From the NCBI GenBank assembly GCA_045612665.1, contig JAZKZO010000052.1, forward strand, positions 9,839 through 73,838: a stretch of DNA of 64,000 nucleotides, given 5' to 3'. This document shows positions 20,746 to 30,740 of this stretch, one piece after another. The translations under genes were made by a program, and so were the position numbers. A model generated the notes under the pieces. It was not told where the DNA came from, made no database searches, and saw only the letters and a program-made list of their open reading frames with translations. Numbering within the stretch: the stretch's first letter is position 1; each line of letters opens with the position of its first letter. Origin of the DNA: Eubacteriales bacterium (lineage in GTDB: Bacteria > Bacillota > Clostridia > Oscillospirales > CAG-272).

Positions 20746-21678
20746 TTATTTTCCTAAAATATCGCCCTTTGAAATTTTTCTTCCGTTGATGAAGTCCTTT
20801 GCGTTCATTTTACCCTTGCCCTCTGGGACAATGACATCGAGCGCAATAACTCCGTTTTTGGTTTTTACGTGTATCGAGCTATCGAGTGCGACAACCTCGC
20901 CCTCTTTTGCTCCTTCGGCATATTTATCTGAAATATGCGCGCTAACGATTTTTATGAGCCTTCCGTCAGAGCCTCTTGTGTATGCAAGCGGAATCGGAGA
21001 AAGCCCTCTTATTTGGTTGTGTGTTGAAATCGCATCGAGAGTGAAGCTTACAAAGCAGTCCTCCTTTGTGATTTTCTCGGCATACGTAAACGTGTCTGGC
21101 TGTTTTGTATAGGTAGCCTTGCCACTCTTGAAAAGCTCAACTGCCTTTAGAAGTCCCTTCGAGGAAGCCTCGGCAAGCTTGTCGTGAACGCTTTCAAAAT
21201 TGTCGTTTTCCTCAATTGTAACCTTTTCAACAAGAATAACGTCGCCTGTGTCAAGTCCTACGTCCATTCTCATAACGCTAACGCCCGTTTCCCTCTCGCC
21301 ATCGATTATGGCTCTTTGAATAGGGGCAGCACCACGGTATTTTGGAAGAATTGACGCGTGTGCGTTAATGCATCCGTATTTAGGATAATTTAGCACGTAT
21401 TCGGGAAGAATTCTTCCGTATGCAACAACCACGATAAGCTCCGGGTCGAGTGCCTTAAGGGTTTGCTCAAATGCACCGTCCTTTAGCGTTTGCGGTTGAT
21501 ATATATCAAGATTTTTTTCGAGAGCATATTTTTTTACATCGCTTGGAGTTAGGACCATTCCTCTGCCCTTTGCCTTATCAGGAGTTGTAACGACTCCGAC
21601 AATCTCCTCACCACTCTCATAAAGGGCGCTCAAATTTATTTTTGCAAATTCGGGCGTGCCCATAAAAAGTATTCTCAT
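20746..21678 (-). CDS. fmt: Methionyl-tRNA formyltransferase
   Basis: FMGTPEFA, NAHASILPKYRGAAPIQ, GLDTGD. Confidence 0.95.
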   Translation of the reverse strand: MRILFMGTPEFAKINLSALYESGEEIVGVVTTPDKAKGRGMVLTPSDVKKYALEKNLDIYQPQTLKDGAFEQTLKALDPELIVVVAYGRILPEYVLNYPKYGCINAHASILPKYRGAAPIQRAIIDGERETGVSVMRMDVGLDTGDVILVEKVTIEENDNFESVHDKLAEASSKGLLKAVELFKSGKATYTKQPDTFTYAEKITKEDCFVSFTLDAISTHNQIRGLSPIPLAYTRGSDGRLIKIVSAHISDKYAEGAKEGEVVALDSSIHVKTKNGVIALDVIVPEGKGKMNAKDFINGRKISKGDILGK

Positions 21679-21680
21679 AT

Positions 21681-22139
21681 TCAGTCCTCGATTTTTCTTA
21701 TCACCTTATCGGTATAAAGCACACCGTCAAGGTGGTCAAGCTCATGACAAATAGCCTTTGCCAAAAGTCCCTCGGCATTTATTTCATATTCATTTCCATC
21801 ACGGTCAAGCGCGCGTGCGGTAACATACATAGGGCGTTTTGTAATTCCCCACTCGCCCGGCAAGGAAAGGCATCCCTCCTCGCTCTCCTGCTCGCCTGCC
21901 ATAGCTATAATACGGGGGTTTATCATTTCGAAAAGTCCCTCGTCGGTTTCTATAACTACAATTCTGCGAAGCACTCCAACCTGTACGCCTGCAAGTCCGC
22001 ACCCGTTTGCGTGGCGCATGGTTGCAACCATATCGTCAAGAAGTGTTTTAATTCTTGGTGTAATTTGCTCAACAGGACGGCTCTTCTTTCTCAAAAAAGC
22101 CTCGTCTGTATCTCTTTTTACAATTTTAAGTATAGCCAT
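21681..22139 (-). CDS. def: Peptide deformylase
   Basis: GCGLAGVQ, EGCLS, HELDHLDG; ATG at 22139 after GGAGG. Confidence 0.95.
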   Translation of the reverse strand: MAILKIVKRDTDEAFLRKKSRPVEQITPRIKTLLDDMVATMRHANGCGLAGVQVGVLRRIVVIETDEGLFEMINPRIIAMAGEQESEEGCLSLPGEWGITKRPMYVTARALDRDGNEYEINAEGLLAKAICHELDHLDGVLYTDKVIRKIED

Positions 22140-22154
22140 ATTTCCCTCCACGGT

Positions 22155-24647
22155 TTATAGCGACGTTGGATTAAAGTCTATTGAAATTCTCGCGCCCTGT
22201 GATGATTTTGAGAGCGAGATTAAAATATCAGAGAATATCGTACGCACAGTAGAAGTGAGCTTGCACTTGACGATAATTCTCTTTCTATATCTTCCCTGTG
22301 CCTTGTAAACGGGAGCTTCAAACGGTCCGTAGGCGATTGCGGGAACGTTGCTTTTCTTCAGTCCGTCCTCAAGCATTTTTACAATATCGCCCGACACACG
22401 GTTTACCTCGCCCTCAAGTGGTGAGGAAACGGTAATCACGGCAATATCGCAAAACGGTGGAAACTGATAAGCCTTTCTTATTTGAATTTCGTTTTGATAG
22501 AACGAATCGTAATCTTGCTCGGACGCGTACAAAATCGTACGGTCGTTTGGAGAGTTGGTTTGGATAACGGCAACGCCCTTATCGCTCGCTCTGCCCGCGC
22601 GGCCTATTACCTGTGTGAGCATAGAAAATGTACGTTCAGATGCGCGGTAGTCGCTTGTATAAAGCATCATATCGGCAAGCATTACGCCAACCAAGGTAAC
22701 CGATGGGAAATTATGCCCCTTTGTTACCATTTGCGTTCCTATCATAACATCGGCATCGTGATTTAAAAACGAGCCGAGTATATCTTCATACGAGGATTTT
22801 GTCGTGGTTGTATCCGCATCAAGACGTAGAGTTTTAACTCCCGGAAATAGTCCTTGAAGGTCGCCCTCAAGCTTTTGAGTGCCAAAGCCAACGTACTCAA
22901 GCTCGCTCTTTTGGCAAGACGGACATTCCTTGGGAACACGTCTTTGATAGCCACAGTAGTGGCAACGCAAGATTCCACTTCCGCTCATTACGCGATATGC
23001 GTTTTCTGCGTCAATTTCCTCGTCAATTTTCTTAAACGAATGATATGTAAGCGCAACCGAGCAATTAGGACATTCAAGCACCTTGCCACATTCGGTACAG
23101 GACACGGCGCTATGATATCCGCGACGGTTCAAAAACAGGATTGCCTGCTTTCCGTCATCAAGCGTGCGCGCAGTAAGAGATGCGAGCTTTGTGCCGAAAA
23201 CGGACATATTTCCGTTTCCCCTCTCGCGCTTCATATCGGTTATAATTACGTCGGGCAAAACTGCCTTTCCGTATCTTTTTGTGAGCTTAACAAGCTCGTA
23301 CGCGCCACCCATTGCCTTATAGTAGGAATTGAGCGACGGTGTAGCCGAGGCAAGTAGCATAAGTGCCTTTGATTTTGCACAACGGAATCTTGCAATATCG
23401 TGTGCCAAATACTTTGGACTGGTCTCGGACTTATAGGTATGCTCCTGCTCCTCGTCAATTACAATCATTCCAAGGTTAGCAAGAGGTGCAAATACTGCGG
23501 AGCGAGTGCCGATTACGACATCAATTTCTCCGTCCTTGATTTTTTTGTATGCATCAAAGCGCTCTCCCTGAGAGAGTCCCGAGTGAATTACGGCTACTCT
23601 ATCACCGTAATATCCACAAAATACTGATACGGTTTGAGGTGTGAGCGAAATTTCGGGCACAAGCACGATAACGCTACGTCCGCTTGAAACAACCTCGTCA
23701 ATCATTTTCTTGATAACGCTCGTTTTTCCGCTTCCTGTAACGCCATAGAGCAATGCCCCGTGCGCCTCGCCCGTGTTATAAAGAGCCTTTAATCTTTCGA
23801 ACGCCTCGGATTGCTCGTTGCTAAGGACGTAATCCTCGCGCTCCTTTGCCTTGGCAAGATACGAGGCGCGACGAGTTGGCATTCTCTCGATTTTAACAAG
23901 TCCCTTATCAACGAGCGCCAAAAGCTGTTGACGGGTGGTATCTGTTCTTTCGTAAATATCCTTGTCGGTAAGAGAGCCAAGCTCACAAAGAAGACGCAAA
24001 ATATCCTGTTGCTTTTTGCTACGGAGCTTTTTCGGTGCATCATCGGACGATGCCAAAATCGCCTCATCTCTTGACACGTTAAGGGAAATTACGTTTTCGT
24101 ATTTCGCCTTATCCATTTGCTCAAGCTCGGTTCTTCTGAGAATATACTTATTCTTTGCAAGCCATTCTATGCTCACGCTCGCACCGTCAAGCTTATCCTT
24201 AAGATAAGAGGTGCTAACTCCTGCGTGATCCTTTATATATTCGTAAAGCTCCCTGTGCTCCTCGGGCAGGCGCTCCCCCGACTTGTCGCTGACAAAGCAT
24301 CTTTCGTTTACCTTGGTAGCCATAACGGCGGGAACGATGCATCTAAGCGCCTCGCCTATGGTGCAAAGCGTTTGAGATTTCATAAATCGACAAAGCTCCA
24401 TCATATCGCTATCAAGGGACAAATAATCGCTCATTTGCGATTTAAGCTCCTTGACCTTTGATGATGGCTCGTCATTATAAATCTCGGTAACGAGTGCGAC
24501 TCTTTGCTTATCGGACTTGCCAAACGGCACGATAACAAGAGAGCCTACACTGATTTGCCCCTCTAGCTCAGCGGGGACTGTATACGAATATTCTATATCG
24601 GCGTGATATGGAACATCCAAAATATGAGCCTTAACAAACTCTGCCAT
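22155..24647 (-). CDS. priA: Primosomal protein N'
   Basis: GVTGSGKT, DEEQE, SATPS, four CxxC pairs, GRAGR. Confidence 0.95.
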   Translation of the reverse strand: MAEFVKAHILDVPYHADIEYSYTVPAELEGQISVGSLVIVPFGKSDKQRVALVTEIYNDEPSSKVKELKSQMSDYLSLDSDMMELCRFMKSQTLCTIGEALRCIVPAVMATKVNERCFVSDKSGERLPEEHRELYEYIKDHAGVSTSYLKDKLDGASVSIEWLAKNKYILRRTELEQMDKAKYENVISLNVSRDEAILASSDDAPKKLRSKKQQDILRLLCELGSLTDKDIYERTDTTRQQLLALVDKGLVKIERMPTRRASYLAKAKEREDYVLSNEQSEAFERLKALYNTGEAHGALLYGVTGSGKTSVIKKMIDEVVSSGRSVIVLVPEISLTPQTVSVFCGYYGDRVAVIHSGLSQGERFDAYKKIKDGEIDVVIGTRSAVFAPLANLGMIVIDEEQEHTYKSETSPKYLAHDIARFRCAKSKALMLLASATPSLNSYYKAMGGAYELVKLTKRYGKAVLPDVIITDMKRERGNGNMSVFGTKLASLTARTLDDGKQAILFLNRRGYHSAVSCTECGKVLECPNCSVALTYHSFKKIDEEIDAENAYRVMSGSGILRCHYCGYQRRVPKECPSCQKSELEYVGFGTQKLEGDLQGLFPGVKTLRLDADTTTTKSSYEDILGSFLNHDADVMIGTQMVTKGHNFPSVTLVGVMLADMMLYTSDYRASERTFSMLTQVIGRAGRASDKGVAVIQTNSPNDRTILYASEQDYDSFYQNEIQIRKAYQFPPFCDIAVITVSSPLEGEVNRVSGDIVKMLEDGLKKSNVPAIAYGPFEAPVYKAQGRYRKRIIVKCKLTSTVRTIFSDILISLSKSSQGARISIDFNPTSL

Positions 24648-24682
24648 ATCACACCTCCCAGTAGTTTTAAGCTGTTTTTAAA

Positions 24683-25186
24683 TTAGTTGTTTGGAGAAAT
24701 TGAAGGATCCTCGTATCTTTCGTCAAATCCACCCTCGTCGGTATAAACCTCTGATGCGTTCATAAGGTCCTGAGTATCCTCGTCGTCATCGTCGAAGGTG
24801 TGAACATATCTATCCTTCTCGAGTGCCTTCTTCTTTTCGAGCTTTTCCTGCTCCTCAATTGCGAGAAGCTCCTCCTCAAGCTTAGCATCAAGAGCGCGTA
24901 CGTCTACGATAGCGCTATCGTAATCCTCATCGCCCTCAAATACAACCTTGAATTCGCCTGACTTAAGCTCTCTTACAGCGCTTCTTACAGCCTTCTCGTC
25001 TCCCTTGTATTCCTTCTTACCGTGTCTGTCGGTTGTTACCTTTTCGTCCTTGCGTACGCGTGTGTCGTTTGTGATGATGCGCGCGCATTTAGCGGTTGCC
25101 ATAACAAGAGTGTACTTGTTAAGTCTCTCGTTTCCGTTTTCGTCCTCTGAAAGCTTCAAAAGCTCTTGAATTGATGGATAAAGCAT
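24683..25186 (-). CDS. rpoZ: RNA polymerase omega subunit with a long acidic C-terminal extension
   Basis: MLYPSI...KYTLVMATAKCAR...KAVRSAVREL omega core; lies between gmk and priA. Confidence 0.75.
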   Translation of the reverse strand: MLYPSIQELLKLSEDENGNERLNKYTLVMATAKCARIITNDTRVRKDEKVTTDRHGKKEYKGDEKAVRSAVRELKSGEFKVVFEGDEDYDSAIVDVRALDAKLEEELLAIEEQEKLEKKKALEKDRYVHTFDDDDEDTQDLMNASEVYTDEGGFDERYEDPSISPNN

Positions 25187-25209
25187 TTTTTAATCTCCTT
25201 GTTTTTTGC

Positions 25210-25821
25210 TTATATAAATTTTTTAATAATCGTTTTTGTTCTTTTTGTTTTTGCGTGCTCGGCTGAAATGATATTATAAATAAGCTCTGCACACTCCTTA
25301 ACCTTACCGTCCTCATTTACAACCGAATAGTCGTATTTTGGCATAAGGGCAATTTCCTCCTTGGCTCTTGCAAGACGCCAAAGAATAACCTCGTCAGTTT
25401 CAGTTCCGCGTGAGCGAAGTCGCCTTTCAAGCGTTTCTCCGTCGGGCGGGGTGAGCATAACGGTTATCGCGTTACGCATCTTTTTCTTTACCTGCATAGC
25501 ACCGTCAACCTCGATTTCAAGCACGATATCCTTGCCCTTAGCAAGCGCGCGCTTTACTTCCTTTAAAGGAGTACCGTAGTAATTCTCACAGTAGGTTGTA
25601 TATTCAAGGATTTCTCCGTTTGCTATGCGATTTTCAAATTCCGCCTTATCAATAAAATGATAATGAACGCCGTTTATTTCTCCCGGGCGAGGATTTCTCG
25701 TGGTTGCCGATACCGAAAGCTCAATCTCCTCGTGAGAGTCAACGAGCTCCTTGACAACCGTTCCCTTTCCGCTTCCTGCAGGACCCGAGACGATAATCAA
25801 AATTCCCTTTCTCTTACTCAT
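25210..25821 (-). CDS. gmk: Guanylate kinase
   Basis: [25 protein letters not shown]. Confidence 0.95.
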   Translation of the reverse strand: MSKRKGILIIVSGPAGSGKGTVVKELVDSHEEIELSVSATTRNPRPGEINGVHYHFIDKAEFENRIANGEILEYTTYCENYYGTPLKEVKRALAKGKDIVLEIEVDGAMQVKKKMRNAITVMLTPPDGETLERRLRSRGTETDEVILWRLARAKEEIALMPKYDYSVVNEDGKVKECAELIYNIISAEHAKTKRTKTIIKKFI

Positions 25822-26083
25822 CTCTTATCCCTCCATTATCGTCAGTTTCAACTCCGTTTAATCTTTGTGCGACAACGTCGGTTGCGAGTGCCGACAAAAT
25901 CACGTGGTCGGAGTCTGTGATTATGATACTTTTTGTTCGTCTGCCACTTGTGCAGTCGATGATTCTTCCGTTATCCTTTGCCTCGCCAACCGTTCTTTTC
26001 GCGGGAGCTGAGTCGGGGGAGATGAGCGCAACCACTCTCTCGTCGAGAATCATATTTCCAAATCCTACGTTTATTAGCTTCAT
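25814..26083 (-). CDS. remA: RemA / DUF370 family protein
   Basis: [28 protein letters not shown]. Confidence 0.9.
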   Translation of the reverse strand: MKLINVGFGNMILDERVVALISPDSAPAKRTVGEAKDNGRIIDCTSGRRTKSIIITDSDHVILSALATDVVAQRLNGVETDDNGGIRDE

Positions 26084-26084
26084 A

Positions 26085-26972
26085 TTACTCTATATTCTGA
26101 ATTTGCTCTCTGATTTTTTCGAGCTCGTTTTTGATGTTCACCACAAGATGTGCAGTGCTCGAATTAGATGCCTTTGAGCCTATGGTATTCGTTTCTCTGT
26201 TCATTTCCTGAAGCAAGAAGTCAAGCTTACGTCCTGCGGGCTCGTTTGACGCAACGATATCCTCAAACGCGCCGAAGTGGCTATCAAGTCTTACAAGCTC
26301 CTCGTCGATTGCAATTCTATCAGCGAAGATTGCAACCTCGGTAAGAATTCTTTGCTCATCGATTTCGATTGTGTTCTCGGAGAGGAATTTCTTAATTCTA
26401 TCCTCGAGCTTTGATGCGTACTCGTGAGTGTCCTTGTCGGAGTTTTCGGAAATTTGAGCAAGGTATCCCTTGATATTTTCAATCTTCTCACGAATGTTGC
26501 GAAGAAGATTTTCGCCCTCGGTCCTTCTTCTTTCAAGGAAGTCAGCGAGTGCAATATCGAGAACCTCCTTTATATCGTTCCAATCGCCCTCGAGGTCGTC
26601 CTCGGGCTTCTTTACATTAAAGATTTCGCGATTAGATGCGATTTTGCAAACCGTGATATCGTCGTGAAGACCGAAGGTATCACGAAGCTTATAAAGTGCA
26701 TTTATGTACGACTGTGCGTAAGCGGTATCGAGGTTGATTTCAACTCCCTGCTGCTCAAGCAAGTCAACGTTTACGTAAATTTCAACCTTACCTCTTGAAA
26801 TGCCGTTTGCCTGTACATATTGCTTTATTTTGTCCTCGAGGAAGCTATAAAGACGGGAAATCTTTACGTTTGCATCAAGGTATCTGTTATTTACCGATTT
26901 TATCTCGACGGTGATGTCCTTACCGGCGACGGTTTTGCGCGCTCTTGCGAACGCAGTCATGCTTTTAAACAT
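26085..26972 (-). CDS. yloC: YicC/YloC family endoribonuclease
   Basis: [47 protein letters not shown]. Confidence 0.92.
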   Translation of the reverse strand: MFKSMTAFARARKTVAGKDITVEIKSVNNRYLDANVKISRLYSFLEDKIKQYVQANGISRGKVEIYVNVDLLEQQGVEINLDTAYAQSYINALYKLRDTFGLHDDITVCKIASNREIFNVKKPEDDLEGDWNDIKEVLDIALADFLERRRTEGENLLRNIREKIENIKGYLAQISENSDKDTHEYASKLEDRIKKFLSENTIEIDEQRILTEVAIFADRIAIDEELVRLDSHFGAFEDIVASNEPAGRKLDFLLQEMNRETNTIGSKASNSSTAHLVVNIKNELEKIREQIQNIE

Positions 26973-27065
26973 ACGCTTCTCCATTAATTTTATATTATAT
27001 ATACTATTTTAATATATTTAAGGCGATTTTGTCAACTTTTTTCGCAAAATATTGGATACATAAAT

Positions 27066-27094
27066 AAAACCCCACTCTAAAAGAGTGAGGTTTT
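27066..27094 (-). terminator. Intrinsic terminator
   Basis: AAAACCCCACTCT-AAA-AGAGTGAGGTTTT. Confidence 0.65.
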
Positions 27095-27102
27095 TGTGTT
27101 AT

Positions 27103-27624
27103 TTAACTAAAAAATTTGTCAATGCGAAGCATTTTCCTGATTTTCAAGTGGTAATATTTTGAAAACCTTTTAAAGGCAACGTCGCAAAGGACGAGGCAAG
27201 CAAGACCGATAACGCCCGTCAAGATTTCCCAGTGAAGCGCGAGCCTTTCGCCTGTTGTGAAAACAAATCTTATAAGCAAAATCGTAAGCGTCGCACTCAT
27301 TACCATATATAGTGCCTTAAGAGTTAGACACACAGGCCTTGGACGAGCCTCGAAAATTCTGCGTATCACGGGATAAAAGCCGAAAATCGCATATTCCGTC
27401 GCAACGAGCTTTGAGGGCAAAATCAAAAATGCAATCACAGCGCAAACGGCATACGTGAGCATTCCCGCACCGTTGCCAAGCTCCTCGCAAACGACGAAAA
27501 TTAAAATTGATGCAATCAAAACGGCACAAAGGTCAAAAACGTTAAAAAACGAGCCAAGAAGCAATATTACAACGCCAAGTGATGCCATAATTGCACAAAA
27601 GGCGAGATATTTTGTCTTCTTCAT
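27103..27624 (-). CDS. Multi-pass membrane protein of unknown function
   Basis: About five hydrophobic segments; ATG at 27624 just after the J-domain gene. Confidence 0.7.
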   Translation of the reverse strand: MKKTKYLAFCAIMASLGVVILLLGSFFNVFDLCAVLIASILIFVVCEELGNGAGMLTYAVCAVIAFLILPSKLVATEYAIFGFYPVIRRIFEARPRPVCLTLKALYMVMSATLTILLIRFVFTTGERLALHWEILTGVIGLACLVLCDVAFKRFSKYYHLKIRKMLRIDKFFS

Positions 27625-27629
27625 TTTTC

Positions 27630-28196
27630 TTACCTGCAAAGACAGTCAAGACAAATAAGGCACGAGCAAATGTCGCACATATCACATCCTGCGTTGCCCG
27701 GCTGTGAGGTTGTTTGTCTTCCGTATGCGTTACCGCGATTTTGCAAATTATCTCTGAAAAGCTTGTATTCTCCGTTGTTTGGAGCCATATTACAAGCCAT
27801 ATTTGAATATTTGAGCGCATCGGCATAAGCGCCCTTGCTTGCAAAAACGCACGCCTTAAGATAATGCCATTCAGCATTTCTTCCCGCTTGGTCAATCGAA
27901 TCAAGCACGAGGTCAGCCTCAATAAACTTGCTTTCCGTAATCTTTCTTCTCGCATCGGCAAGTGCTGCTGAATAGTCAACGTCAGAATCGGAGTTATACT
28001 TTGCACCGCCTGCTCTTTGACGGAGAATTTCGTCGTAAGCCTCGTTTATTTCCTTCATCTTGGACTCGGCATAATCAGCCATAGGTCCGGGATTTTTGTC
28101 GGGATGATATTTAAGAGCAAGCTCCTTATAAGCCTTTTTTACCTCTTCGTTTGTTGCGTTTGGCGATATGCCAAGCACCTTGTATGGATCAGTCAT
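27630..28196 (-). CDS. J-domain + TPR protein with Cys-rich C-terminus
   Basis: DPYKVLG..KYHPD..EINEAYD J-domain, TPR-like helices, tail [19 protein letters not shown]. Confidence 0.85.
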   Translation of the reverse strand: MTDPYKVLGISPNATNEEVKKAYKELALKYHPDKNPGPMADYAESKMKEINEAYDEILRQRAGGAKYNSDSDVDYSAALADARRKITESKFIEADLVLDSIDQAGRNAEWHYLKACVFASKGAYADALKYSNMACNMAPNNGEYKLFRDNLQNRGNAYGRQTTSQPGNAGCDMCDICSCLICLDCLCR

Positions 28197-28259
28197 TTCG
28201 TTCCTCCACGGTTTAGTTTAACCTATTTTAACACAAAAGCACACGTATGTAAATAGTTT

Positions 28260-29114
28260 TCACACAGTTTTCATTTTCAAAATTCGAGCAGTTTGATTTA
28301 CCATGCCGATATATATCGTATTTTTTAGAATTCCCTCGACGTCGCGGTGAGATGAGAAATCAAGTGCCTCAAGGGCGTGGCTAAGCTCATCAAGCTCCAG
28401 CATAAGCGCAATTCGAAGCAAATTTTTGTTTTCATCGCTCAGCTCATCGCCAAATGAATTGATAATCGCGTTAAACGAGCCTGTCTTAGCATCGCTTGGC
28501 ATATCGTCAATTGCATCAATAATGTATATCCATTTGCCAAGATGATAGCCGATTTTCGCACACAGGGTCGCGTTTTCTGCATCCAAGCCGTAAGATGCAA
28601 CCGTTCCCAAGAGGTCGCCAAATATGCTCGCAACAGAGTCGATGCTGTCGGTATTTTGGATTTCAAGAGCGCTGAGATTATCTATTTTTTTCTTCAAATT
28701 CGTTTCCAAATCCTTTAGCTTCGGATCGGTTTTCTTAAAAAATACAGTGCTAAGAGCGACAATTCTTGCCAAAAGCTTTTTAAAGCCGTGAGAGTCGTTT
28801 ATATTGTCCTCTAGCTTTAAGCGAGTGAGCATTACGCTCGTTTTGGCGCAATATTCAAGAGTTTCGTCAATTTCAAGCATAGGGCGACGCATAAAGGGAT
28901 GTGCAATGCAACGGCGCATTTTAACCTCTCCTGTGCGCTTTTCAGCCACCTTGCGAAGTAATACGAGAAACACAAAATCGTAGCTGAGTGTCATTTTAGA
29001 CATACAGCCCGTGCGCTTTCCCATAGCGCGACAAAGTCCGCAATAGGTCGCCTTATAAAGCTCGTGTTCCTTAACCTTTAGCTCGGGTATTTGTGGCTTT
29101 ATGTATCCGAACAT
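28260..29114 (-). CDS. DUF5685 family protein
   Basis: MFGYIKP, YCGLCRAMG, LSYDFVF, RCIAHP, GKWIYIIDAIDD. Confidence 0.8.
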   Translation of the reverse strand: MFGYIKPQIPELKVKEHELYKATYCGLCRAMGKRTGCMSKMTLSYDFVFLVLLRKVAEKRTGEVKMRRCIAHPFMRRPMLEIDETLEYCAKTSVMLTRLKLEDNINDSHGFKKLLARIVALSTVFFKKTDPKLKDLETNLKKKIDNLSALEIQNTDSIDSVASIFGDLLGTVASYGLDAENATLCAKIGYHLGKWIYIIDAIDDMPSDAKTGSFNAIINSFGDELSDENKNLLRIALMLELDELSHALEALDFSSHRDVEGILKNTIYIGMVNQTARILKMKTV

Positions 29115-29211
29115 TTCGTGTCCCCCTTCTTTTAATACTTCTCTTAATATATTAACACTAAATGCAAATTATTTCAATAGAAAATAACAATAAAAACGGC
29201 ACTTAGTGCCG

Positions 29212-29826
29212 TTAATATTCAAATCCGAATGCGTTTGCGGCGATTTCCAAAAGCTTGAACTTAATTTCGTATTCGCCCGAGGTGCCCGTTATCATATAAT
29301 ACTGCTCCTTGGTAAGCCCTGTGCTTATATACGCATCATCGTCATACTCGATTGCCTGTGCCGTGCAAAGGGGTGGAAAAAGCACGCACCACCAATTTTG
29401 TCCCTCTCCATTTCCTATTATAACTCTTACCGAGGTATATTCTCCTGCGGGAAGCGAAAAGCCCTCGTAATCTCGCCTTGGATAGTCCTCTTTGCCTATT
29501 TCTATGGATACTGTGTCAATAATTCCCTCTTTTTCAAGAGCTTTCATAGCTAGCTCCTCTAGATATTTTTTATCCGATGCAATCATAGCAAGAGCCTGCT
29601 CCTTGCTATCGCAATCGTATTTTGATATATGCTCAAGCAATGCATCTCTTACCTTAAGCTTGAGCTCTTGATCGCGCTCACTATCCGAATTTGCAAGGAC
29701 GTGGAGTCTTATTGTCGAGTTGTATATCTCGCACTCCTTAGCCGACGGAATGACTGCCCAAAGCGACAAAAATATGACGAAGCAAAAAAGTGATGTAAGC
29801 AATATTCTTAATTTTCTTTTTTTCAT
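29212..29826 (-). CDS. spoIIR: Stage II sporulation protein R
   Basis: IRLHVLANSDS, LPAGEY, GQNWWCVLFPPLC. Confidence 0.95.
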   Translation of the reverse strand: MKKRKLRILLTSLFCFVIFLSLWAVIPSAKECEIYNSTIRLHVLANSDSERDQELKLKVRDALLEHISKYDCDSKEQALAMIASDKKYLEELAMKALEKEGIIDTVSIEIGKEDYPRRDYEGFSLPAGEYTSVRVIIGNGEGQNWWCVLFPPLCTAQAIEYDDDAYISTGLTKEQYYMITGTSGEYEIKFKLLEIAANAFGFEY

Positions 29827-29850
29827 AAAATAAAAACCTCCGTACTCGGT

Positions 29851-29880
29851 AATTGTTTCCCGTTTACGAAGGCTTTATTC
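29851..29880 (-). promoter_or_regulatory. Sigma-F-type promoter for spoIIR
   Basis: Minus strand GAATA-N15-GGAAACAATT fits the sigma-F/G consensus; spoIIR is an established sigma-F target. Confidence 0.6.
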
Positions 29881-29883
29881 ACA

Positions 29884-30060
29884 TTAGTTAAATTCTACTA
29901 CGTTATCAACGTCTGTCTTTTCGCTTGGAAGCTCGCCAGGAAGCTCGCTTGATGATGACTCGCTTGATGAGCTTGATTCATCTCCGTCATCAGGACCGCA
30001 CGCGATAAGCATGCCAAGGCACAAAAGAAGTGACAACATAAGAGCAATAATTTTCTTCAT
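29884..30060 (-). CDS. Small 58-aa lipoprotein (below the ORF-track cutoff)
   Basis: AAGGAG RBS; MKKIIALMLSLLLCLGMLIAC lipobox, then GPDDGDESSSSSESSSSELPGELPSEKTDVDNVVEFN. Confidence 0.75.
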   Translation of the reverse strand: MKKIIALMLSLLLCLGMLIACGPDDGDESSSSSESSSSELPGELPSEKTDVDNVVEFN

Positions 30061-30198
30061 ATATAATTCTCCTTATAATTTAGACATAATTTACAAATTT
30101 ATTTTACTACATTTTATCTAATTTGTCAATAGAATGTTTAATTTTTCTTGCGTAAGTATAATTTTTGTGGTAAAATAATAGCAGATGGGAGTGATTTT

Positions 30199-30681
30199 AT
30201 GAATTTCGCAAATGAGCTTGTTACACTTTTAAAGGAAAAAAATCTCACAATCTCGTGCGCTGAGTCCTGTACCGGCGGTCTTGTTGCCAAATCTATAACC
30301 GACGTGTCGGGCTGTTCTAGCGTTTTTTGGGGCGGAGTTGTTTCGTACGACAATAGCGTGAAGATGGGGCTTTTAGGCGTGCGTGAGGACACCTTGAAGG
30401 CGTTTGGCGCAGTATCGGAGCAAACGGCTACGGAAATGGCTTTAGGCGTTTCAAGGGCGTGCAAAACGGCAATAGGCATAAGCACGACAGGAATTGCCGG
30501 TCCTGACGGTGGAAGCCCTGAAAAGCCCGTAGGAACGGTTTATATCGGCGTATGCATTGAGGGCGAGGCTTGCGCAAAAAGGCTCAATATTTGCCCCTCT
30601 CTTTCGCGTGGTGAGATAAGAGAAAGGGCGGTAGAGCTTTTGCTTGCTTATCTTATAGATAAAATTAAAGAAAGGTATTGA
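30199..30681 (+). CDS. CinA C-terminal / NMN deamidase (PncC) family protein
   Basis: CAESCTGGL, GAVSEQTATEMA, STTGIAGPDGG, KPVGTVYIG. Confidence 0.9.
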   Translation: MNFANELVTLLKEKNLTISCAESCTGGLVAKSITDVSGCSSVFWGGVVSYDNSVKMGLLGVREDTLKAFGAVSEQTATEMALGVSRACKTAIGISTTGIAGPDGGSPEKPVGTVYIGVCIEGEACAKRLNICPSLSRGEIRERAVELLLAYLIDKIKERY

Positions 30682-30740
30682 TTTTAATACCTTTATATGG
30701 TAAAATATACCTTGAAAATTTTTATCAAACGGAGTTATTT

